NCBI GenBank assembly: GCA_048013815.1
Contig: CM106586.1
Location: 21,824,001 to 21,888,000, forward strand
Origin: Setoptus koraiensis
Lineage: Eukaryota > Animalia > Arthropoda
Direction of reading: 5' to 3'
Length of the DNA stretch: 64,000 nucleotides
A model generated the notes under the pieces. It made no database searches. It saw only the letters and a program-made list of their open reading frames with translations, and was not told the DNA's origin. The translations under genes and the position numbers were made by a program. Positions 54,446 to 64,000 of this stretch are shown in pieces (position 1 is the first letter of the stretch; each line of letters starts with the position of its first letter).

Positions 54446-56370
54446 CGGCCCGCCAGAGCGACAGCGCCCGCCAATCCGTTTAAGCTGCCACTATTTGTTG
54501 TCGATCGTCGCTGTCAGTGTCTGACACTGTCAGCCTGACACTGTCGCTCGCAGCGCAAACAGCCCACTACATATTTATATATATATATATTATAAAATAT
54601 ATATAGTATAAAATATATATAATATGAAATATTTGCCAGTATATATAATGGTCGTGATTGCTCACGACAGCGCCAAACACCCAGCGCCATTCTGTTTGGT
54701 TAGGCCACATTGACTGCGACGAGCGCCAGGTGAGCGCGTGTTCTCTAATTATCGTCATCGATCAACTTGTGTCATTCGAATCGCGATTCGAGACTCTCAG
54801 CGTCGCAGCGAGTTCGCGACTCAGAGACGCAGCGAATTCGAGACTCAGCGTCGCAGCGAATTCGCGTCGAGTGTGCGAGCGCTCGAGCCTCCGAACGCTC
54901 GAGAGCAATCAACTCACTTTTGCTTATCTCTCTGGCTGTCGCTGGCACTCGCTTACCTATATTCATGTCGGCGCGATCTGGCACTAATTCATCTAACGCG
55001 CTGCCACAGCTATAAAAAGACACTTGTTGTTGTTGTTGTCGCTTTTGTTTGTCGTCTGCTAATCTCTGGCTGTCATTGTAACTCGGATTTGGCTTACAGG
55101 GGGCGCACAAAAGCGCAAGGTGTGCGCTTTTGATTGCGCGCCCTGCCAGCGCGACGCGCAATCAAATAAAACACGACACGACAAAACCTTTGAGAGTGCC
55201 TTTTGTCAGCCACAGTCAGTCAGTCAGTTTTATCTGCCAGCTCGATCTGTTAGTTTTGTCAGCCAGCCAAAAGAGAGAAAAGAATCGAGTTAGCGAGCGA
55301 AAATCTAATTAGTGTCGCCCACGTAACGCGCATTATTATTATTATGTTGTTACTATTATTTTGGATATTATTTTTGCTGGGCCGGACGGCGATACCCGCG
55401 CTTGCAGCCGGCCCACAACTCGCACAACCAATCGAAATGGCAACCGAGCGAGCGGGGCGCGGCCAGGCCCACAAGCCGGTCGGCGGTGCCGGGCCGGCAG
55501 GTGAGCTGGTGGCGGCGGCCCAAATGAGCGTATCACTGGCGGCCCAATCGATTGCTGGCCGGCCCGACAATGGTTGCCAGCGCGACACTCGCTCTTGGCC
55601 GGCCTGACTTGTCGCGCTGCCGAGTCAGCTGGCCGACCGGCTGACTGGTCGACTGGCCGACTGGTCGACTGGTCGATTGGGCAGCTCGAAGCGGCCGCTG
55701 CGAATCGGCGGCTTCGATCGGCGCTGACCGAGCGACACAACGAGCCGGCGAGCCAGCGAAAGAACGAGCCAGCGAGCCAACGAGACGGCGAAAGAACGAG
55801 CGAAGAACGGCCCTCGGAACGGGCGAAAGAACAAAGTTATTGTATCACTGGACGCATTGTTGTTGTTGCCGCTCGTACGTGTGACGCAAGCGGCCGGCCA
55901 AAGTCACCTGTAGTGTGTCAGGCTGATGCGGTCAGCCTTGACCGCACGGCCGCATCACGATTTATCCTTTGGCCAGCTCGTTGTGTGTCTTTTCGACGGC
56001 CGTGTGTCCCTTTCTGTCTCTACAATCTTTTAGTGTGTGTGTGTGTGTGTGTCGGTATCGCCAGGTATCACATCGATTGTTCGTTAGATTGTATCGAATT
56101 GTCGATTGCGCGATTAGATCGACAATTCCGAGCCGAGCGCCGTAAGAACAACAATGGAGCGCGTTTGTGTGCCTGTTGTGGCCTTAGTTTGTCCGACTGG
56201 CGCTCGTTGGCCACTCGCAACTGGCCAGTTCGAGGCGGCCGTTCGAAGCCCGTCGATCGGTGCGACTGTCCGGCGGCCGCAACAGCGACACAGCGCTTGA
56301 CAAAAGAATGCGCGGGGTGCCCATTCTTCGCTGGTGGCGCTGGTGTCGCCGCGCAAGAGACACTTGCCGA

Positions 56371-56440
56371 CCGAGTGGCCAACCGAGTGGCCAACCGAGT
56401 GGCCAACCGAGTGGCCAACCGAATGGCCAACCGAGTGGCC
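56371..56440. repeat. 12-bp tandem repeat CCGAGTGGCCAA x~6
   Basis: Four exact copies, one single-substitution copy and one partial copy. Confidence 0.95.
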
Positions 56441-59400
56441 GGCCCGGCAAGCCAACGCAGCGGCCCGACAGCGCTAATGCGAACGCTTTTCCATTATTTA
56501 TCCATATCAATGTCCAAATCTAATTCGACACACACATTGAATTGTCCAGCGCCGCCAGTGGCGCTGCGCTGGCCAGAGCGTGCATAAAAATGTATAAAAA
56601 TATATAAAATAAAATAAAACGAAATGAAATAAAGTAAAAATTTGCCAAAGTGCAATAGACAAAGACCGCTGGCCAGCACACGACAATCGCACCGCCAATT
56701 GGACAGGTGAGCAAGTACGCGCACCGCTGATTAATCGAGCGGCAGCGCCAGAAGGTTGAATAAACTCACTGACACACAACAGGTTCACCTGACACTCGCG
56801 GAACGGGGTACGGCGGCCGCGCGGCCGCGCGGCGACATCGCGCGGCACCAGCGAGCCCATAGTTGAGCGCGCCGTCCGGCCAGCGCCCTGTCCGCTCTCG
56901 TTCGGGCCGCGCTCGCCCACTCTAGTTCGGACCGCACCCGAGCAGCCAAGGGAAGCCAGTGAATCGAGTGAATTGGGCGAATCGAGCCTCGTCCCTGAGC
57001 GTTTGCTCGGTCGCAGCCCGACCGCCGCTGGCGTGTCAGGGCGGGCAGGCAGGCGGCGCGGCAGCGCACCCCGTCGGGCCGGGCGTGGCGGCGGTTCCAT
57101 GGCGCTGCGGCGCGTTAGCTCAGCACGAGGCCTCCGCTGCGTGTGTGTGTGTGTGTGTGTCGACGGTGCATGATGGATGTGGTTGCGATGGAAACGTCGT
57201 CGTCGTCGCTCTGGCACAACAACAACAACGACGCCGGCAAGCGGCCAACCGACGGCACTCGTTTCGCTCGCTGTTATGGACACAAGGACAAGGACAGTCT
57301 TTCTTTTTTTATCCAATTCGCTCTCTGTGTGCGCGATTCGATTCGACGTTCTTTTCTTCTCTGGCCTGCGACTCGCTGGCCAGCGAACTGCGGCCTGCGA
57401 GCTGCGAGCTGCGAACTGCGAACTGCGAACTGCGGCCTGCGAACGGCGAACGCTAGCCAGCCCAGAGAAGGAGAGACAAATATTCGTTCTTTTTGTTTCG
57501 GCTGCCCCCTCGCCAATGGATGCTGACAATCGGCGGCGGCGGCGCTGTTGTGGCGATTGTGCGATTGTCAGGCCTCGATGGTGCAACAGGTTGGTCACAT
57601 TTAAATGGCGCTCAAATCGATCATTAGATCGATTAGTTCGCCTCGATTGCGCAGCATTCAAATTTCGCAAATTTGCTTACACTTGTCGGCTCGCACGGTC
57701 CAAGTTGTCCGCCAACTTGTCGCTGTTGGCCGGCCGGCCGGCCAGACCAGTTCGGGCCAGTGCGGCCTTACGCTGCCCGCGGCCTTACGCTGCCCGCTGG
57801 CCGGACAGCGAGTCACAGCGGCGGCGCTAATAGCGCACCGCGGTATGCGCCGCCATTGTGACGCTCACAATTTGTGAGCGCTCATGTGTCATTGTGACGC
57901 TCACCTGTCGTGGCGCATCGCTCGCTTGACCGTCACCTATGGAAATTGCGGCTCGCTTGCGCCGCAAGTCGCACAGGCGAGTGACACGGTTTTTATTCTT
58001 GTTTTTGTCATTCTTTCTGGCGTTCTCGGCAGCGTATTCGCCGGCCAAAAGTTGCCAAATGTGCCCATATTTCGCGCCGGCCGTTGTGGCGCAGTTTGGC
58101 GCAGTTCGCGAGCGTGTGCCCACTGGACAACCGGCACCACCGGCACAGTTGGCACATTCGGCGCGGTCGGCCGCTGGCGACTGCCAGCGGGCAGTCGGCC
58201 GATTGTCACGTCGCGATTGCGCTGAACCCGCTGTGCCGAACAATATCCATTATGACAACCGGGCAGCGCATAGGCCTTACAGGTGCCAGGCGACAACTGG
58301 AGCAAGCGCCGAGATGCGGCCGCGACTCGAGCTGTGCCACTCGGCTGCGCGCCCTGTGCGCGACTTGTCGCCCGTCGGGCCGGTCAGCGCCGCCGCGGCC
58401 AGTGGACGGTCGGCGCCGTGGCCAGCGGACGGTCGGCGGCGGCCGTCGAACGGGGCGATTCATTTCGTTTTGTCCTATAATTGTCACCAATTGCGGCGCA
58501 ACCATCCATCACGGCAACAAGTTATGTGTCAAATGTGCGGCCAGTGCGCGCTCAATCGGATAATTGTGCAATTGGAATCATTCGAAGCGAACCGAAACGA
58601 AACGAGATCATTTAGTCGCTCGTTTGTTATCATTTGTTTGTCTTGCTCGGTGTGGTCACACAAGAATTAACCAGCAAACATGTCAGGTCAAGCGCATCAA
58701 ACGATGCGAGCGCCATTTATGGCCAGCGCTCGCTGTGCGCTATGCTCTCATGTGTGTGTGTTTATGTAACCCGGCGCCGGCCCGCAAACTGCTCTGCGGC
58801 AAACAGTCGCCCTGGTTACACTGGCCCGGCGCTGCCCGGCGCCGGCCCGACAAAGACAATCGCGCGACCACAAGCGAGGCGACACATCGTTTTGCATGCA
58901 CTTGTCGCCTTTATTGTCCTTTATCGTCCCATGTCGCTGTTGCCGCCGCGGTCGCCGTTGTTGCCGCGGTTGCCGCTGTTGTTGTTGTTGCTGTTGCTGC
59001 TGTGGTTGCCGCTGTTGTTGCTGTTGTTGCCGTTGTTGCCGTTGATGCCGCTGATGCGGTTGTTGCTGTTGTGCTGTGGTTGGCGCAATTGTTGTGCAGC
59101 GTCCACCTTGACTCTCGCTGCAACGCTCGTAATGCAATCATAAAACGAACGCTGTTGCCCACTTTATGCTCCAAATTCCATCTATCCTCTCCTATCGTCA
59201 TGATCATATTTTGGCCATCATCGGCGCCGTCATTGGCGTCATCGGCGCCGTCGCCGGCGTCGTAATCTTCGTCATGGCCGTCATCTTCACTAGCGGCCGC
59301 TCCATTTTTGCTGGCACAAAAATCTCATCTCTGGCCGGTCGGCGGGCCGGCTCGCAGAGAACGCAAAGCGGGCGCACTCGAAACGGCAACTGGCTCAACG

Positions 59401-62400
59401 ACGACAACAATCGCTCCTTGAGCCCCCGCATACCGCACACGGCAAACCGCACCCGGCACACCGCGCACCGCATACCGCGGGCCACTTGCGCACTTGTTAC
59501 TGTTGGCATGGCAACCGCACACAGTCGACAAATAAAGCCATTCTCACCAACACTCACATCAATATCGCACCGCTGCCGCATCAATACCTCGGTCGAGATG
59601 GCACCGCGTTCACTTGCCATTGACCGTGCGACTAGCCGTCGAGTCGGACACACTCGATCGGGCCAGACTCGCGGTCGCCTCGACTCGCGCCCAGCACGCC
59701 CCCTCTGTCCGCCGGGACTATCTGGCCGCACCAGAGTCCGGTGACCAGAGTGGACGCGACGACCTTCACCAGCGGAGCAAGGCCCACGGGAGCGCAGGCG
59801 GGCCAGAGAACTGGCGCACCGCTGGATGGGAGGAGCCGGCCGGGCCGGAGGTGTGTAGGGGGCGACGGGTCGGCACAGAGACACAGATTTGGCTGTTTGC
59901 GTGGCCGAGCGCACAGGTGAGCGGCATTGTTGCAATAGGTGAGTTTGTCGGCTGTCCATTAACATTTTTGGTTTCACGACAGCGGCGGCCCGTAAAACTA
60001 ATTAAGGCAACAGCGAGATATGCTAATTGCGGCCGCGCAAAAGAGAGCCGCGGCGAGATGAAAAGCGGCCACTCATCATAGGCATAAATTACTCTTATTT
60101 TGCGATTGGCAGCAACACTTTTTTGAGCGCCACAGAATCGCCGCAAAATCGCCGCAAAATCACCGAAAATTCGCGCAGGAATCGCCGCGAATTCGTGGGG
60201 CGATCGCCGCCAAGTCGGGGCTTGGGTCTGGTCGCCGGAAACAATTTCGAAGCGAGGCGCGGAATTTCGGACGCGCCGGCCGCGGATCGACGGGCGACGC
60301 GTCCGAGCGGCGCGACACATTCGAGAGCGCGAGTGCGCCCTCCAAGTGACATCGAGCCATGGGAGTGTTCGCTCGTGTGGCGACCCTGTGCGAAATTCGA
60401 CAACGGCGCAAATTGTCTCGTTGTGCACAGAGACAATTAATTAAGCGCGACTTGATTGCCACCGGCCCAACTGCCTGCCGGTGGCTACCTGGCGACCCGA
60501 CCGCGATTTGACGGGCCGGGTCATCGACACGCCGGCCCGACCGGATCAATGGATCGATCGCCGGCACAGGTGATTCGCATGCAGGTGACAGTGGGTCGGA
60601 CGGCGCCGGCGCAGCCAGTGCGATGGGAGGCCGCGGGCCGGTCGCCGGCCGCTGTCACTGGCCGCCGGCCGCTGCCCAGCACGGCAAGGGGATAATAAAC
60701 AAACAGACGGAGCAGATTTGTCGCAATGAGCGCATTGATTGGAGTTGATTTAATTGTTGTTGTCTTATTGTCAATTGGCGGCGGCCGACATCAAACGTTC
60801 GCAGCGACAACAATGCCGGCAGCGAGAAATTCTTCGCTTTGTTTTTTGTCACTGCAGCTTGTTCGAACGTTCGCTGCTGCGAACGTTCTCTGCGGCCAGC
60901 GCGTTCTTTTGTGTTTTTTAGCTTTTAGTGACCAACAAAAGCCACTTGTGACTGTTTAGTGCTTGTGACCACTTGTAACCGGCCGGCAGCCTGCAATGGG
61001 CACGCAGCTATTTAAGGCGCCGTTTGCGCGACATTTACAATCGCTGGACACACAGTCGCACCATCGATGCGCCTTTCGGGACCGGACCGTCGCGAGCGGT
61101 CGCGGGCAAACGACGGGCGGCGGGCCGCAGAGCGGGCCGCCGAGAGCGAGCGGTCGCGGGCAAACGTCGGACGATCAGCCCGATTATGATGATTGCAGGT
61201 TGCGCCACTGGCCGGCACAAGCTGCACCTGTCACGCCCTCGGGTACAGAACGACAGTGCGGTCATTTACGACGACTAGACGCGAGAGTGACATTGACAAA
61301 ATAAACACACACACGCACACCGTATAATATACGGCGTATATTTGCAGTGTCAAGCGTCGGATAATAATAATTGCTGGCGCAACAATGTAACAGTACCTTG
61401 GCGCCACCAAATCAACGACGGCCACAAACGACAACAACATCGGGCACGATCAAGGTGAGCGAGCCATTGTTTGGTGTCATGTCCAGCTCGTTTGACATTG
61501 TCAGTCAGTTGTCAGTGGGCGCTGCGACGACACACGGAGTCGTGCATGACAACTTGCGCCCCCTATTCTCGGGCTCAGCGCAACTTGCGCCCAGAATAAA
61601 TATTTATATTTGCGATTATGTTGTGTGTCGTGTTTCGCAACAGTTTTTCTAAAACTTTCATATAATTTTGCATGTGAATTTTAAACAAATAACAGGCAAA
61701 AATCACATCACGCTCATACCGCCTGTATCTTGTCACAAGATACAAGCGGATTCTCGCGCCCACCAGCGGCCGACCGTCGACCGACCAACAGCTGACCATC
61801 AGCTGACCGACCGTTGATGTTGGTTGCATCAGCCCGCTGGCTGTCACCTAGCTCCAGCTGACAGCCAGCGCACAGGTGATGCAACGTTGTTTATGTATCG
61901 CTTTTATTGTGTGTGTGTGTATTTTTTGTGCGTTGTGTGCCTAATCTGGTGGCGGTGGGCACGGTGCGCTGGCTTGTCAACTGGCAAGCTCACCGGCCCG
62001 CCGGCTCACGGGCCGCTCGGCGGGCCGGCCAATGTCATGTAATATCGCGGCTCACGTCAGGGACAATGTCGCGCTAATGTCAGGGCTGCTGATAGCGCCA
62101 GCGACATGGAATGTGCCGGCCCGAGCAACCCATAATGAGCGGCAAGAGCTCTGTTCGGGCAGTGTCCGGCCCACTCCGACGCATTCTCGGGCCGCTCATT
62201 ATCGGGCGGATCGGGCGCGGCTAGCGACATGAGACGGCCGATATTGCCGGTAAGATGGCTGTGGCATGACGCTGCCCGGCGACGACACAAACACAATCAA
62301 CAACAACAACAACAACCGAGAAAGATGTCGTGCCAAACAATAACAATCGAGCCGATGCACACAAGCAATACACGCCAATGGCCGGCCGATAGTCGCCGCT

Positions 62401-63640
62401 GGCCGGCATATCATGCCGAGCCGGGCGAGACTAGAGACTGGACACTGAAGACTGGACACTGGACACTGGAGACGATGCGAATCATATCATCATTGTCAAC
62501 AATGTCCACTGCCATTATCGTGGCACTCATCTCTGGCCATCGCTGGTCATTGTCGCAGTGTCGTGTCATGACGCAACAACACCCACCCCCGAGCCGGCGT
62601 TGTTGTCGCTGTTGTTGTTGTCGCTGTCGCTGGCGTCGCAACAACAGCAACAGCAACAACAGAGACAGCGACAGCAACAACAGCGACAGCCTCGATAGCG
62701 ACATCGGGGACAGCGCGCCGACGGCCAAGACGCCGATCAAGACGCATCACGGATGTGAACAACAACAACGACAACAGCAACAACAACGACAACGACAACA
62801 ACGACGACGACCTGTTTGCGCAGGCTGCGTCAACCTGTTTGTGTGCGCCCGTCGTGGTCGCCGGTCAGTGTCGTCGCACACTGGACACAGGTTAGCATGG
62901 TCAACATTGTCAGTTGACGTTGAGTGACATCATCGGCCGCATTCTTGCTTGTGTCATGCGCACACTGTTGCGACCGACCGACACACACACCGACCACCGC
63001 CATGGAATCTGGCGTGGATGTTCCCACTGTTCGGCTGCCCCCAATAGCCCGACGGGCGGACAGGCGGACAAGCGGACGGCCCGACAGCGCGACGGCCCGA
63101 CCGCCCGACAGCGGCACAATGGCGCGTCCGGCTATTTTGTCATCGTGGTCGCCAGGACGACGTCACATATAGACGGACGACGACAATTATGCGCCGTCTG
63201 TCGGTTGTCGCGGCACGACAAGTCGCACACTGGCCGCTGGCGGCCTCAATTCGGCACTGCAAATTCAAATTCCGACGGCACATTCTTCGGCTGTCAATAT
63301 CATTTACGCGCACGCACAGCCTCTCGAGAATCCCTTTCTTTCGGCGAGCGGCCAGCGGCGAGACTCTGGCGAAACGGCCGGCGAAATTCTCGCCGACGCT
63401 TGCTTTCTTTTCTGGCCGAGCGCCGCATCGCTACATTGTCGCTGCTCGGTCGCCCGGTCGCTCGGTCGCTGCGACTGGCCGGCCGGCCGGCCAATTTGCA
63501 CAATACGCCGCCGCCAATACAATTGACGTCCAGTGCCCACCGGCAGCCATTTTATTTGGCCGGCTCATGCAACGACGCAACGCCAATGCAGCGTCTAATG
63601 TCCAGTTGTGTCCAGTGTCGTCGCCGTTCGAGAGCCGCTT

Positions 63641-63692
63641 GTGTCCAGTTGTGTCCAGTTGCGTCCAGTTGTGTCCAGTTGCGTCCAGTTGC
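63641..63692. repeat. 10-bp tandem repeat (TGYGTCCAGT-like) x~5
   Basis: gtgtccagtt/gcgtccagtt units, with additional copies near 63599-63616. Confidence 0.85.
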
Positions 63693-64000
63693 GCAATGAC
63701 AACAACAATCGCTAATGTTGTTTTCGTGTCGCAGCAATCACAGCGGCGCAGTCTATATTTACTCGCTGCAACGACGAGACGAGACCAGATGATTTAATAG
63801 TGCATGCGACGATTTGTTGTCGCCGGACTCTCTTGTCCTGTGTCATCTTGCGTCATCTTGTCATTATGTGCGGCCCACAGCACACGACAAACGTCGACTG
63901 GGTGAGAGAGGAGCCAATGACACTTTGACAGAGAGCGCTCGCCCGGCCAAATCGGCCCATCGGCCGATCAGCTGACCAATTGAGCACGACGGCGATCACC

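Larger units (their letters stand above)
43110..64000. promoter_or_regulatory. GC/CpG-rich gene desert upstream of disco; probable large cis-regulatory domain
   Basis: 21 kb with no ORF resembling a known protein family; abrupt compositional change; dense motif clusters (ACAGGTG, TGACA, TTACGTAA) and local tandem repeats; lies 5' of a developmental transcription factor. Confidence 0.6.

Noticed and set aside
44742-56440. CRISPR-like interpretation of the tandem arrays
   Set aside because: Units are 10-30 bp with no unique 25-45-bp spacers, there are no cas genes, and the context is eukaryotic.
43124-63797. The many long ORFs in the desert (e.g. 55574-56587 +, 56507-57670 -, 59204-59977 -, 62914-63699 -)
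   Set aside because: They overlap in all six frames, are Arg/Ala/Cys/Gln-rich translations of repeats, and have no domain motifs; this is expected from high GC (few stop codons).

Overview
Eukaryotic (arthropod) genomic DNA. It is most consistent with a mite or other small-genome arthropod; that taxon call is an inference from a disco-type zinc-finger pair, a pollux-type PTB-TBC protein and short introns. The window has two compartments. (1) About 2.6-43.1 kb is AT-rich and gene-dense, with nine protein-coding genes that I could splice by hand into frame-consistent models: ELOVL6-like elongase (+), CYP3-clan P450 (+), canopy CNPY3/4 (-), mitochondrial ATP synthase gamma (+), a five-finger C2H2 protein (-), a Piccolo/Fife/RIM-family polyQ-PDZ protein (+), CtBP (-), a TBC1D1/4 (pollux) RabGAP (+) and a disconnected (disco)-like factor (-). 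Of 16 introns, 14 are 74-120 nt, and strands alternate strictly from the P450 onward. (2) About 43.1-64 kb is a GC/CpG-rich gene desert upstream of disco with no credible protein-coding ORF. It is packed with short tandem duplications, palindromes and a strongly over-represented ACAGGTG(A) motif, and is probably a large developmental cis-regulatory domain. I found no tRNA, rRNA, snRNA, CRISPR array or transposase. Best leads: a perfect 21-bp hairpin in the one oversized intron, the ACAGGTG clusters, a Piccolo-like protein without Zn-finger or C2 domains, a CtBP with an altered catalytic-triad loop, and a possible decayed SOCS-box pseudogene. Nothing here proves a wholly new biological system; the leads are hypotheses.
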